Shown here piece after piece: positions 44,001 through 58,900 of a stretch of 64,000 bases of DNA (positions are counted from its first letter, which is position 1; each line of letters starts with the position of its first letter). The notes under the pieces were generated by a model. The model did no database searches. It saw only the letters and a list, made by a program, of their open reading frames with translations, and was not told the origin of the DNA. Position numbers and translations under genes: made by a program. The DNA is from Squalus acanthias (Eukaryota). Where the stretch lies: NCBI GenBank assembly GCA_030390025.1, contig CM059437.1, positions 54,622,001 through 54,686,000 on the forward strand, given 5' to 3'.

Positions 44001-47000
44001 TCTCCCTTATCTATTTTCCCAGTTACATCCTCAAAAAATTCCAGTAGATTAGTCAAGCACGATTTACCTTTTGTAAATCCATGTTGACTTTGTCCGATCC
44101 TGTCACTGTTTTTCAAATGCTCAGCTATTACATCCTTTATCATGGACTCTAGCATTTTCCCCACTACCGATGTCAGGCTTACCAGTCTGTAATTCCCCGC
44201 TTTCTCTCTACCACCCTTTTTGAAAAGTGGGGTAACATTAGCTACCCTCCAATCCATGGGTACAGTTCCAGATTCCATCGAATGTTGGAAGATGATCAGC
44301 AATGCATCTACTATTTCTAGGGCCACTTCCTTAAGTACTCTAGGATGTAGATTATCAGGCCCTGGGGATTTATCGGCCTTCAATACCGTCAATTTCCCTA
44401 ACACCATTTCCCTGCAAATACTGATTTCTTTCAGTTCCTCCCTTTCATCAGACCCTATGTTCTCCAACATCTCTGGGAGGTTATTTGTGTCCTCCTTTGT
44501 GAAGACAGAACCAAAATATGCATTTAATTGGGATGCCATTTCTTTGTTCCCCATTATAACTTCCCCCGCTTCTGACTGCAAGGGACCTACACTTGATTTC
44601 ACTAATCTTTTTCTCTTCACATATCTATAAAAGCTCTTACATTCAGTTTTTATGTTCCCAGCAAGCTTACTTTCATATTCTATTTTCCCCTTCTTAATTA
44701 ATCCCTTTGTCCTCCTTTGTTGAATCCTAAACTGCTCCCAATCCTCAGGGCTACCGCTTTTTCTGGCCAATTTATATGCCCTCTCCTTGGATCTTATGCT
44801 ATCCCTAATTTCCCTTGTTAGCCACGGTTGAGTCGCCCTTTTTATTTTATTCTTATGCCACACTGGGATGTACAAATCATGTGCAGTTTTGGTCTTCTTA
44901 CCTAATAAAGGATATACTTGCCATAGAGAGAGTGCAGCGAAAGTTCACCAGACTGATTCCTGGGATGACAGGACTGTCGTATGAGGAAAGATTGGGTCGA
45001 CTCGGCCTGTCTTCATTCGAGTTTAAAAGAATGAGAGGGAACTCATTGAAACGTGTATAATTCTGACAGGGCTAGAGAGACTGGATGCAGGGAGGATGTT
45101 TCCCCTGGCTGGGGGGTCTAGAACGAGGGGTCACAGTCTCAGGATACGGCGTAAGACATTTAGGACTGAGATGAGGAGAAATTTCTTCACTCAGAGGGTG
45201 GTGAACCTGTGGAATTCTCTACCACAGAAGGCTGTGGAGGCCAAGTCACTGAATATATTTAAGAAGGAGATAGATAGATTTCCAGACACAAAACGCATCA
45301 AGGGGTATGGGGAGAGAGCGGGAATATGGTATTGAGATAGAGGATCAGCCATGATCATATTGAATGGTGGAGCAGGCTCGAAAGGCTGAATGGCCGGCTC
45401 CTGCTCCTATTTTTCTAACTCCAGAGAATATAGGCCTCGTCTACTCAATCTCTCCTCATAGGACAATCCCCCCATCCCAGGAACCAGTCTGGTGAAACTT
45501 CGTTGCCCTCTCTCTCTGGCAAATATATCCTTTCATAGGTAAGGGGACCAAACCTGTGCGCAATACTTCAGGTGTGGTCTCAACAGGGCCCGACATAATT
45601 GCAGTAAGATGTCTTTACTCTTATACACAAATCCTCGTGTAATAAAGGCCAACATACCATTTGCTTTCCTAATTGCTTGCTGTACCTGCATGTTAACATT
45701 TGTGATTCATGTGCAAGGACCCCAGGTCGCACTAAACATTTCCCAATCTATTAGCATTTAAAAAATACTCTGCTTTTCTATTTTTGCTCCCGAAGTGGAT
45801 AATTTCACATTTCTCCACCATTTGCCATGTTCTTGCCCACTCACTTAGTCTGTCGATATCCCCTTGAAGCCTCTTTGCATCCTCCTCAATACTTACATTC
45901 CCACCCAGCTTTGTATCATCAGCAAACTTGAATATAATGATTTGGATGTAGATTGTAAATAGCTGAGTCCCAAGCACTGATCCCTGTGGTACCCCACTAG
46001 TTACAGCCTGCCAATCCAAAAATGATCCGTTTCTCCTACTCTCTGTTTTCTGTCCGTTAACCAATCCTCAATCCATGCTAATATATTGCCCCCAATTCCA
46101 TGAGCCCTAATTTTGTTTAATAACCTCTTGTGTGGCACCTTATCGAATGCCTTCTGAAAATCCAAATACACCACATCCACTGGATCCCCTTATCTATTCC
46201 GTTATTTACAACCTCAAACAACTCTAACAGATTTGTCAAACACGATTTCCCATTCATAAATCCGTGTTGACTCGGCCCAATCCTATTATTATTTTCAAAG
46301 TGCCCTGTTCCCACGTCCTTAACAATAGATTCTAACATTTTCCCTACTACTGATGTCAGGCTAACTGGTCTGTAGTTCCCCGTTTTCTCTCTCCCCCACT
46401 TTCTTAAATAGTGGGATTACATATGTTACCGTCCAACCCGTGGGAACCATTCTAGAATCTATGAAATTTTGGAAAATGACAACCAGTGCATCCACTATCT
46501 CTATAGCCACCTCATTCAAAACCCTAGGATATAAACCATCAGGTCCAGAGGATATATCAGCTTTCAGTCCCATTAATTTCACCAGCACTATTTTTTTACG
46601 AATACTAATTTCTTTCAGTTCCTCATTCTCGCTGGAGCCTTTGTTCTCCACTATTTCGTAGAAGTTTTTTGCGTCCTTTACTACATGGTTATTAATTAAC
46701 CCTTTCTCTTTGCACAATACTACATCTAAAATGACCTGTACCCTAGTTGGTTCCTCAACATACTGATCTAGAAATCTATCTTGCATACATTCCATGAATT
46801 CGTCCTCCACACTATTACTGCAAATTTGGTTTGCCCAGTCTATATGTAGATTAAAGTTCCCCCTGTATTACCCTTGTTGCATGCACCTCTAATTTACTGA
46901 TTCATACACTGCCCTACATTACAACTATGGTTTGGAGGCCTACAAACAACTGCCACCAATGTTTTCTGCTCCTTGCTGTTTCTTAGCTCCACCTAAACTG

Positions 47001-47470
47001 ATTCTACTTCTTGATTTTCGGAGCTAAGATCCTTTCTCTCTATTGTCTTTATCCCATTCTTTATTATCAGGGCTACGCCTCCTCCTTTCCCATTTTCTTC
47101 TAAAAGTTAAGTAACCTTAAATAATTAGTTCCCAACCTTGGTCACTTTGCAACCATGTCTATTAGATCAAACCTGTTAATTTCTATCTGCGCTATTAATA
47201 CATCTATTTTGTTGGGAATGCTTCGCGCATTCAGATATAGTGCCTTTAGCTTTGACTTATTTCTATTTTTCCCTGATGTCACCTCAGTCACAGATGCCTT
47301 ATTACCTTTGTTACTCTCTCTGACCCTCCCTGACCCACTCTGCTTATTTTTATCCAAAACTCTACTCTGCTCTAGAGCCGTGACATTTCTCTCGCTGCTT
47401 TTAAATTTACTCTTTCCTGAAGCCTCCCACCCACCACCCTTCATTAGTTTAAAGCCCTGTCTACTGCCCT
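41080..47470. mobile_element. Paralog of the nested CR1/CR1 block of 1540-5880, with an added young CR1
   Basis: The same RT fragments (41723-42205, 42308-42592, 45096-45335, 45732-46810) occur in the same order and orientation. Confidence 0.88.
42789..44877 (-). mobile_element. Young 5'-truncated CR1 insertion, B-specific
   Basis: Uninterrupted 664-codon ORF2 segment at 42881-44875 with a complete RT domain. CAT at both junctions. Empty site GAGTACCGTGTGCAG at ~3242-3256. Confidence 0.95.
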
Positions 47471-49147
47471 ACATATTCGGTTCGCCCAGTCCGGTTTTCT
47501 TCCATTCTGAGTTATTGCACGTCGCACCTTCCTTGGTGTTAAGAATCGCTGAACACGGATCAAAAGGAATCGAATCTTATTGAAACTGAAATCTTGCAAA
47601 GCCTGAATTCGCATCACGCAAATACCTGGACAACCACATTGTGTCACTGAATCTGTGTCAGCAGATGATTAATTAAAACGTACACTATGCTCAGCCAATT
47701 ATTGCCAGAAACAGAAGGACACGCTAGTCAGTCCCTTATCTACACGGATTGTTTAACGCCACTAAAACAGATTATCTGGTCATTATCACATTGCTGTTTG
47801 TGACATAAACGATTCGAACTGTGGAAGCGGAAGGACAATTTTTGAAAATTGCAGATGACACCAATTTGGGGGATATATTTGATACTGAAGAATACTGCGA
47901 CAAAATACAAGATCTTAGTAAACTTGCAGAATAGGCGTGTCAATGGTGAATGGATTGCATTACAGATAAGTATGAGGTGGTGCTTTCTGGTAGGAGGAAT
48001 AAGAAGGCCACAAACCCCTTGGAAAATAAGAGTCTAAATGGAGTAAAGGAGCAAAGGGATCTAGGGGAATAAAGTCACAAATCATTAAAAATTTGCAACG
48101 CAAGTTAGCAAGGCCATAACAAATGCAAACAAAGCACTGTGGTTCATTTTCAGAGGAATGGAATTAAAAAGCAGGGAATTTATGTGAAACTTGTATAGAA
48201 CTTTGGTTAGACCACACTTAAAAGTGTGTACAGTTCGGATCTCCATATTACAAAAAGGATATAGGCACTGGAGAAGGTGCAAAAAGATTTATAAGGATGA
48301 TACCAGAACTGCGAGGTTATAACTGTCACGAAGGATTGGTCATGCAGGTGCTCTTTTCCCTAGAAACTAAAGGCTGAGGGGTGAACTAATAGAGGTCTTT
48401 AAATTTATGAAGGGGTTTGATACCATAGAGTAGAGGCGATGTTTCCGTTTTTAGGGCGTCCAAAACTGGGCGCCATAAATATGATTGTCACTAATAAATG
48501 CAATAAAGAATTCAGGAGAAACTTATTTGCCAAGAGTATAGCTACCGCATGGAGTACTTGAGGCGAATAGCACAAACGTCTTTAATATGAATCTAAATAG
48601 GTCCATGAGGTTGAAAGGAATAGAAGGATATGCAGATAGGGTTAGATGAAGTAGGTTAGGAGAAGACTCATGTGGAGCAGAAACACCGTCACAGACCAGT
48701 TGGGCCTGATGGCCTGTGCTGTAAATTCTATGTAATTCTATGAATTTAAACAAATGTGATTAAAATATATATTGTAAGATTTCTTTCCCAAAATGTCAAA
48801 ATATTAGTAATCTATCGTGTCTGCAACCTTGCTATTCCGACTGATTTCACTGACTTGACATACAATGTCCAGAATGTCATAAAGAATATATCCTCCTTAT
48901 TTAGCCACATTTAAAACATTGCTATGGATTGGTACAGAGGAATAGGTCAGAAAAGAATAACCACCTGAGATAATGGAAGAGTCATTTTATTACACTACGG
49001 TATGTGTAATGTTACACTGAAACTTTGATCAGTTCAGGGTTTACACACTGTAAAATACAATCAGCGGAAAACAGCCGACAAACTGCACATCTGTCGTGAT
49101 TTGAAATGTTGCACTTCAAATCAAACATGTACTATCTGAATACGGAA

Positions 49148-49153
49148 TTTATT
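49148..49153 (-). terminator. Polyadenylation signal AATAAA of IgL cluster B
   Basis: TTTATT on + strand, 54 nt past the stop. Confidence 0.7.
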
Positions 49154-49206
49154 ATTTAAAGAGAAGTTAATAATGGTATAACAAATTAATACATAAGATT
49201 CTTGAA

Positions 49207-49529
49207 TCACATACAGCTGGATCTGGCGATACTTGTTTGAAGCGGGTTTTCCTGAGTCTCGTGTTTAACCACACAGGAGTAAAGCTCGTGTGAGTTCCAC
49301 TCTGAGGCTGGCAGAGTCAGATAACTGCTCACACTGAACGTGCTGTCCGTCTCCTGCTGGATCCGACTGGTCTCAACGCCATTCCCTCTCACACTGCCAT
49401 CTACAGTCCACTCAATCTCCACAGCGCCCGGGTTAAAACCGTTCACCAAACACACCAAAGTCGCCGTGTTCTTTGCTGCGATTTGATCGGATGAAGGCGG
49501 AAGGACAGACACCGAGGGGGCCCGCGGAT
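49207..49529 (-). CDS. IGLC: Ig light chain constant exon, lambda/type II, cluster B
   Basis: Acceptor CAG at 49532-49530. 323 nt, as in A. Intact C1-set domain ending ENPLQTSIARSSCM*. Confidence 0.96.
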
Positions 49530-52500
49530 CTGAAACGAAGAATCCAATTAAAGAAGATCCATACTAAATTAAATAAAAAGTCGGAATCAATGTGTTACTT
49601 TCTTCAAATCTTACAATAAAATTCGGCGTCACTTTACAAAAGTATATGAAATGTAATATAACGGAAGCTGATCAGTGTCAATTCTCCAATAACAGGGGCC
49701 CGCAGTTCTAGAACGTTTATAACCTGAGAACATTTTCCTATTTTTCCTACATGGAAAGGAACGTGTAACAAATATTTCCATGGAAATATGATCCAAACTT
49801 TGTGCATATATTATAAATCAAATTTAATATCTGTCCGCTAAGACATAATTTTTCTTTCACTTTTGTACCATTTCATTTCCCTGTTAAACTTTAGCGCGTC
49901 ATTATAAATGTTTCCACATTTCACAGAGTCATGGAATCTCACAGCACAGGAGTCCATTCGACCCATCGTGCCTGTGCCGGCTGTTTGAAAGAGCTTTCCA
50001 ATTAGTCCCACTCCCCTTCTCCTTCCCCATAGCCCTGCATATTTTTCCTTTTCAAGTATTTATCCAATTCCCTTTTGAATGTTACTATTGAATCTGCTTC
50101 CACCACCCTTTCAGGTAGTGCATCCCAGATCATAACAATTTGCAGTTTGACAAATTTCTCCTCATCTCCACCCTAGTTCTTTTGCCAATTACCTGCTCGT
50201 GCAAAAAGTTGCTCCTTATCTGCTCTATCAAAACCCTTCATAATTTAGAACACCTCGTTAAATCTCCCTTTAATCTTCTCTGCTCTAAGGAGAACAATCC
50301 CAGTTTCTCTAGTCTCTCTATTTAACTGAAGTTCCTCATCTCTGGTACTACGGGTAAATCCCCTTTGCATCCCCTCCAAGACCTTGACATCACATTTTTG
50401 AAAGAACATGGTCAGAAAATATTTTTTTTTTAAATATCACTGGGCACATAGTATTGCATCGAAATTACTGGTCCTACTCAATCTGCCATAGACTTTGTGT
50501 CTCAGGAGCTGCGATTTAAAGAGAATGTAAAAAGCAATAAAGCCGAATTTGGGGTAAATATTGGAACCAATAGTGACTACAAAGTTACTGTAATGTTCAG
50601 CTCAAACACGCTAATGAATTTATTAATAAACTCGATTCGTGCTTCTTGCTCAATTTTGCACTACTTTTGACGAAAATATTGGACTAATATCTGGGCTTGT
50701 GTACCATCACTGCTATGGCCGCTATGCTCGGCTCGAAATAGCTGTTTGGAGACATCTTCGGGGTCAGTGTGTCACAAAAGATGTCATTAAAGAGAAACAG
50801 GCTACAACAAATAACGGCTGTTATTGTGAATAATATTATCCCAATAATAACATCAATATGAAAGTAATGCCAATAATATTAAATATTAATACTCCTGTGA
50901 TAAAACAATGACATATAACCCAGTGTAAGAATGTTGAAGCCGGACTGTCATCATCTCCTGACTCTTTAGATGACCATTCGCGCCGACCATATGTTACAAG
51001 CACCAGCTGTCAATAACAAACCCTCGGTAAATGCTTTATGTAATGTAAAACAGCGGAGAAAAGACTGAAACGTTTATTTTTTTCATTAAAGCACTGCCGC
51101 GATTTAATAGCATGGTAGAATTAGAGGCGGGGTCGCTTCAAATGGTACTGGCATTGAGGCATCACGTCAACTGCAGCGGCGCGTCTCACTAATACCAGGT
51201 TTACCCGGGTCGGTTTAAGAATCTATTGCTATTCTGAGGCGTTCGCCTTGGAACCCAGAACTTCCCTTTGCTTTCTATACAATTTGGAGGCTGAAACTGG
51301 GAGAAGTCCGGAAGAACCACCAACCCCTATTGTCACAGTTGGTATAATCCCCCGGCAGCGCCCGGAGTTTAGCTGAACTTTCTGGTACTGAAATATCTGG
51401 AGTCCCGTGGGATTATTCAGCAGGTTTTACTGCCAGTTTAAATTATTGTCGAAACACTAAGACTTTGACATTTGTACCAGAGATCTATTCTTAATGTAAC
51501 AACTGATAATATAAATGAAGATTTTTGCTGTTCCATGATAGCTAATTTGACCCTGATGTAATCGAATAACCACGTCAAATAGCGATAGAGTATCCACATT
51601 TTTGATAATATTACTCCTCTGACTAACTCTAATCACAGAACCAGCAGCAAAGCGCAATGGAATGAGTACAAGAGCAGGTACAAAAATCAGAAAAGCTATT
51701 TCGAGACATTATTCACACAAAATTATCGATAGGAAGATAACAAGCCCATAACTTGTTAAAAAAAATAGATTCCCTGACAATTGGATGAGAATCATGTATT
51801 GAATGGTTTTCACTCCGTTATGAGACGAGTGGGAGAGAGTTACAATAAGTCGCTACACTATCCTCCTGCAGTCTGAATTCGAGAATGGTAATTAAATCGC
51901 GGCAGTGCTTTAATGGGAATGCATTAGGTGTCGATTTCAAACTTTTCAATTTGTGTCTATGGACTTTTACCGAAAACTTATTCTATGGGGCTGTAACGGC
52001 AGGGTATAAGCCAGTCTGAAAGATTATGCGCGGTTCACAGAATCATAGAATTGTACAGCTCCGAAGGAACCCGAATTCTCCCGCCCCAGCACTTTGATAG
52101 ATCTGTCCACTTAGTGCGATTCCCATAACTTTCTTTTGTTATTTTTTACATGTTTATCAACTTCCCTTTTAAGCGCGTTCTTTTAGTAATGCTGTTAAAT
52201 TTATGTCCTCTGGTTACCGACTGACCGATCAGTGAAAATTGTTTTTTTAATTTGCTGCAACTGAATGACTCATGATTCTGAACATTTCGAGCAGATCACA
52301 CAGCAAACTTCGAGAGAAATTAGCTTCTCTCCTCTCTTGACTTAACTAAAACCTATCGGTACCAGTATAATATTAAAAAATGGCTTCTGTTATCTCTCCA
52401 AGGCTTTGACACCTCCCTAAAATCGGGCGCCCTTTCTGTTTTGCTAGCTCTTAAATATCACTCACTAGTCGCTGTTCCACAACTTCGGTATAAATATATT

Positions 52501-52762
52501 TTGAGGCCAATAATCTTGATTTGCAGTAATTCAGTCTAGCAATAAATTGGTTTCAATAGATTTTTGGTATTTCATTCGCAGTGTTAGCAATGTTAGGGAA
52601 CAGTTTGATGCGCGATTTGGAAGCCGAACAGAAAAAAAATTGACGCTGTGAAAGCCTCGGATACGGATATTTTTTGATCGAGGGGATTTAGACAAAAAAA
52701 ACAAAAATCGAAAACTGGTAGCTGACAAACCCAAAGTTGCGCTTTGCGAATAATTTACTTAC

Positions 52763-53098
52763 TGCCCAGGTTCAGCTTGGTTCCTCTCCCGAAAAAGATA
52801 TAATAGGGACTGCTACGCACAGCAGAGCAGTAATAATCGGCGGCGTCCTCCGATTGCACGTTGGTGATGGTTAAATGCATCCTCGATGAGTCCGCAGACC
52901 CGGTGAATCGATCTGGAATCCCCGAAGGTCTGCTGCTCCCATACCAAACAAGCACAGGGGCACTGCCGGGTTTCTGCCAGTACCACCTGCTGTAGCTGCC
53001 TATGCTGCCTTCGGATATGGTACAAGTGATTTTGACGGTTTTGCCCGGGGATGTTGAGATGGACGGTGGCTGAGTCAAGACAGGATCCGCGTTTGTAC
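52763..53098 (-). CDS. IGLV: Germline-joined VJ exon of Ig lambda/type II light chain, cluster B
   Basis: Acceptor CAG at 53101-53099, DPVLTQPPS...[24 protein letters not shown], donor GTAAGT at 52762-52757. One codon shorter than A in CDR1. Confidence 0.96.
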
Positions 53099-53241
53099 CT
53101 GGTGAAATAACAAGTTATTGATTAGTCACAATTTTTGCCCTTCGAATATTGCTTATAATTCAGGTCTATTCAACTCAAGCACAAGAAAAACTCAAGGCAA
53201 TGTAAAAAGCAGCGATATTGAAGGTTACGTCCTGTACATAC

Positions 53242-53290
53242 TGTGGAGACAGAACATCAGCGCGGCGAGAACTCCAACCCATTCAGTCAT
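53242..53290 (-). CDS. Ig light chain leader exon, cluster B
   Basis: MTEWVGVLAALMFCLH plus 1 nt, donor GTATGT at 53241-53236. Confidence 0.92.
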
Positions 53291-53413
53291 GGTGAAGGTT
53301 CTGGTGAAGATCTGAAACAAAATATTTCCTGACACGAATGTAGTTCTGAGCTCTTTCTAAACCTCTCCTTAAGAAGTTTCAAACATCGCAACGTCATTGA
53401 ATATTAATTATTC

Positions 53414-53421
53414 ATGCAAAT
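53414..53421 (-). promoter_or_regulatory. Ig octamer ATTTGCAT, cluster B promoter
   Basis: ATGCAAAT on + strand, with the same spacing to the ATG as in A. Confidence 0.88.
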
Positions 53422-55389
53422 AACCATCCACATGACCTCGCGCTATAGGAGCCCAAGTCTTGCGTTGACTGGCATTTGCGCGATGCACATTCCAGCCATT
53501 AAAAGGAGAAACAGAGTCAAAGCCACAGAATAAAACACGAGAATGGTTGAATGTAGCAAATTAAAAGGTGAGGAGAAAAAAGGAGGAACGATTACGTGAC
53601 CCCAGGCTTGGGTTTTAGAACTCTGAAGATTATAATAGCCGAGGGGAAGCTGAGGGCGGTAATCGGTTCAATAGCTATGGGGTCCTCGGGAAGAGGAACT
53701 GGATAAGGAGATTTTAAAGATGCGATTTCATTTGCACATAGAAAGATAGTTAGATAGATAGAGAGAGAGAGAGAGAGATACCGACTGACATACCAGGAAA
53801 CATTCCACACTTGCAGAGAATTAACCGTTTGGAGAAAAATATGGAAGCGGACACGGAGCTTTTTGCAAGGAATTTTATTAAAATAGCTGAAAGATGTACT
53901 TGACGTCGCAGGAGAAACTGAGGTTCACTACACCAATATATGGAATGACTAAGGCTGAATGAATCAAATGTAACAGTTGCTTATTTCGACTTGTGATAGA
54001 TATAAAATACTGCTGCGTGAAATCCCGCTGTGGGATGTCATGGTTGAACCTTTGTACGAAATTCCATTGCTTCCTATTTGAATGGGAGAGTTAACCCTTT
54101 AAAAGCAGCAATAACAAATACATTTCAATCAAATATGTTAAATGTCAGTATCATATCTCACAGCGCGATTTCGCTGCAACTGTCTTTGAAAAATTGAATA
54201 AGTAACATTTTCATTGTCCAGCTGAAGGTCACAGAAGAGAGCAAGATGTAACGATTCAATCATTGCACTGGGAGAGTACTGACGGTTGTGAGTTCAGACA
54301 GGGACCCATAAATAAATGTCTGCGAATCTTTCTATACATAGGCTTAAATCAGCCTCATTATTTTATGCTATTATTTCACCTCACAATTGAAGAGGACCGA
54401 ATCAATAAAATTAGACAAGTCGATGGACAATACTTGATGAGAATTTCCTGTAAAGCTATTCTCGATAAATAGTTTCCTATATTTCCTGTTTTAAAAACAC
54501 ATTTTTGCCGTAAACTATCCTCACGATGAGTTAACTCCTGTTATCCAATTGAAGCAATATTTTCCAGACTGGTGGTCTGGAGAGTGTATAATATAATAGG
54601 TTAACAGCTTGGTGTGGTAAGGGTTATTATGGAATGGTTAGTACAGAGTGCTACAGTAAAAGAAGAAATGCAGAAAACGCAGTGTTACATTGGATGTGGT
54701 TCGGCAGAAGGCTTGGAACATCCGATGTAAAATTATGAAAAATAATCCAGAAGTCAGTAGTAATATCTGTCAATTATGGATTTATTCTGTGACATGGAGT
54801 CGAATACATGTTTTAGATTAGGTTGTTGGGATTCTTTAGGCTAAGCTAATCGGCAGGAGGTGTCACTTAAAGGCAATTAGGAAGCATCAAAATGATTATA
54901 TAAAGAAATATGGTTAGTTTGGAAGACAAATTGTCTGGTTTAAGTTGTTATTATTCTGTTAACGGTGTGATCTTTTAGCCACACAATTGCCTTATCTGTA
55001 CTATTCAGAAAGGAAATGAACTGTCACATTCCAGTGATTATGAAGTATATGTGGTGCAACATTGTCACCTACTGGTATAATAGCATATGACACACAAGAA
55101 TCACACTTAAAATTAACGGCATAGACCGCCTGTTATACACAGGTCTATTGAAGGCAATACAACTGAATGCCGAGCAGGGAGTATAACAGGCGGCCAAATA
55201 TCATACCGCCGGTTCTGCGCTAACGCCCAATAACTTCGAATCTATTGGGGTAGATATTCGATACAGCTGGCTATAACTATCCGTGACATATCATTTAGCT
55301 CATACTGCAGAGCCCCTCCCAATCAGCCCAGGTAGTGAAAGTGTGAGTTTAAGGCCCAGATGGCCCTTCCAATGACCAGTCTAGTAGAA

Positions 55390-55990
55390 CAATTTGCCTC
55401 ACGTAGTGCTCCTCTGCTGTTCTCGGGCAATTCTTACTGGGAGAATAATACATTGCGTCGGGGGTAGGCTTTGGCACCCAGAAGTCATTGATGTGATTTT
55501 CTTCCCCGATAAGGTCAGCGTGTTGGTATGAAGGCTTCGCTGCATGTGGTCACACATAATGGGTACATTCAGGGATTGTAAGCCCCTCCTGTCGATGTAG
55601 TTGAGAGTTTGTGGTGTGGGAATGCGCACAGCAGCATGCTTGTCCTCGATTGCAGCCTTGCAAAAACAAGCAACCCAGTAAAAGTAGGTGGCCATATCTT
55701 GCTGTTACCTTGCTATGTTGCCAAAGGTGATAAATTTGCCAGCTCTCCTGCAAAGGGCGTAAACAACATAATGAGTGCACAGCCGCTTCTACTACCCGGA
55801 TGCTGTTGCAGAGATTGCTGACGGGTGCCTATAATTACGCTGTGACACAAAATTTGAGGGCGGTTATTACCTGCATAGCCACAGAGAACGCAGTGTGGGT
55901 AGATGAGCATGGCTACAGCTCGTCCTGCGGTAGGTAACAGAGCTACCCTATTACCTCGTTGGTAAAGTACGCGCATCTTATTCACAACTC
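55390..55990 (-). pseudogene. Fossil Harbinger transposase fragment (paralog of 16750-17350)
   Basis: Same degenerate motifs (YIDRRGLQSLNVPIMCDH, GELANLSPLAT). Confidence 0.75.
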
Positions 55991-58900
55991 CTCATAAAAG
56001 TCCTCATATGGAGTAATATCTGATAGGATGCATCCTTCTTAAAAGTTCTCTCAATCTTCTTTGCTCCATCATGTGCTGTTCCTGCTCCCCCATGATGAAA
56101 TTATACAGGGGTATGTCTATAGGGAATGTCATCCACAGGAGCCTGATACTGAGAGAGTTCCTTCAACGTGTATCATAGAGAATAACACAGACAGAAGTTT
56201 TAATTCGTGATAATTAGTTAATGGAGGGAGTTTCCCTTCTGCACTTTACACTCATGCTCATTGTGTGTTCGCAGGAAATAAACCAGGAGATCTCCAATGG
56301 TGACCACTGATTAATGATCTGAAGCTTTAAAAACGACATCAGTGGGTCTCACAAATAGGGCTTGAAATTATTTAACTTTTCGGCAAGTACTCCCGATTTC
56401 ACCCTCTCACCGGTTCGCTGTGCAGCTGAAGGGTCTGACTAGCGATCCTTGTGACAGTCCCATTCAATGGGGTTTCTCGAATTGGAACTGAATGGACCCT
56501 AGTCTATTTTTGCAGAATTGCAAAATAAATGGCCAAAATTAGTGCTTAGAGGCACGTATTGTATTAGGAATTAGTGCAGGAATGCTTAACATTTTCCTCT
56601 GTGCGCCGAACAGTTGATCTCATTTCAGGACATTTTAAGAACGCTACAACAAGCCCCAGCGCCCCCGCTCCAGCAAAGGGAAAAGAGGGCGAAATTACTA
56701 CTTCCTATCTTTATTCTCCGCTGGAAGTGCTCACCTACGGATGGGCGGCGAGCTTAAGGCCAAATTCGCCTTTGACGCCACAATGGGAAAGCCCGTATGG
56801 TCTCAGGAAGGAATCTTGGCCACAGTGACAGGAAAGAGTATACAGGTCTAGGGGAGAAATTTGTTGGAAAAAAGGTCGGGATAAATAGAAGCAATTGTAC
56901 AGGATGCTAAAGGAAAATGACGCGCAGCAGAGCTGAAGCAAAACGGAACAAAAAGAGGGAGAACAAAAATTGACCAATATACAATGGAAAGACAAATTTC
57001 GAAAATATACTTTCACAAGTCCAGGCAGAAAAGATCCAAATTCCTTATCTATCCGATCATTAGAGCAATTCTTTATGTTCTTTATCTTAACGAGGACACA
57101 TTAATACACTAGTAATGAGGACAAGGAATCCTCCTTAAATTATGGTTCCAGTGGACTACAAGTTTCAAACTGCTAAGAGGAAGACCGAGCCACAACCTGT
57201 CACATTAACACCTCCTCTTGCCTTCATTATCTCTTAATGTCTCTCAATGTCTCTTGATCTCTCCTGCTTTCTATCCCACCACTGACCTTCCCTTTTGTTC
57301 TTTCATCCCCTCCACCTTTTCCCAGCTTTATACTTGCTTTAAATCTATTTCATTTCCTGCTTTTTTCCAGTTCTGACGAAAGGTCTTCGACCTGCAACGT
57401 TAACTCTGTTTCTCTCTACACGGATGCTGCCTGGCCTGCTGAGTTTTTCCAGCGTTTTCTGTTGTTATTATAAGAGAAAGACCGATCTAGGGTAGCAATG
57501 CAATTCATTGATAACCAGGGCGACTGTCTTAGGAGAATGAATGACGCAAATTTTGTTCTAGAATTTTGCACTTTGGGGATCGCAGTCCGAAATTACATTC
57601 ATTTTTTTCTGAAAACATAATCTACGGTGAACCACGCGTGTAGGAATTACTTTAGTCACTGGGTAATGCAATATCCCAAATATTTCCTTGGGTTTTCCTG
57701 GTGAAGTTATAAGCATAGGAGACAAGCTTTGATTTAGAAGGTTTACGATTTCACTATCAATACTGAATGGGGGAATCATTGCAAATGCATTTATAATGTC
57801 CCACAAATCGTGATCAAATTAATTCTTAATCTCTGGTGCCATCCAGTTGACTGAGCGACACCCGGTGTTAACTCGAAGTTAAACTCAGAGACATCAATGT
57901 TACACTGCACAACCCTAGAACTAGATGAAACACTGGTCACTTTTGCATAAAAAGTGTTGGACACGTTCAATCCAGACAGGACGAGGCTCACTAACGTTGG
58001 ATTAGTCCGACAGGAGTAGGCCGTTCAGCCTCTACATTCTGTTTCGCCATTAAATTAGATCATGGCTGATTTGCACCTCAACTCAATTAACCCGCCTTTG
58101 TTCCCTATCCGTTACCTAACAAAAGTCTGGTGGTCTCAGTCTTCAACATTTTAATTGACCGAGCGTCCCCGGCTTTTAAGGGGTGCGAATTCCAGACTAC
58201 CACGCCCTTTATGTGAAAAATGCTTCCTGCTTCCACGCACAAACCGTTGAAGGTGGCAGGACAGGCTGAGAAAGCGGTTAAAAAAGCATACGGGATACTG
58301 GACTTCATAAATAGAGGCATAGAGTACAAAAGCAAGGAAATTATGATGAACCTTTATAAAACACTGGTTCAGCCTCAACTGGAGTATTGTGTTCAATTCT
58401 GGGCACCGCACTTTAGGAAGGATGTGAAGGCCTTAGAGAGGGTGCAGAAAAGATTCATGAGAATGATTCCAGGGATGAGGGACTTCAGTCACGTGGATAG
58501 ACTACAGAAGCTGGGGTTGTTCTCCTTAGAGTCGAGAAGGTTGAGAGGAGATTTGATCGAGGTGTTCAAAATCATGAGGGGTCCAGACAGAGTAGACAGA
58601 GAGAAACTCTCCCCATTGGCAGAAGGGTCGAGAACCAGAGGACACAGATTTTAAATGATTGGCAAAAGAATCAAAGGCGTCCTGAGGAAAAGCTTTTTTA
58701 TGCAGCGAGTGGTTAGGATCTGGAATGCGCTGCCTGAGAGGGTGGTGGAGGCAGATTCAATCGTGCCTTTCAACCTGGAATTGGATAAGTAGCAGAAGCA
58801 AAAAAAAATTGCAGGGCTACCGGGAAAGGGCGGGGAATGGGCCTAGGTGAAGTGCTCTTGCAAAAAGTGGAATGAGCTCGACGGGCCGAATGCCCTCCTT

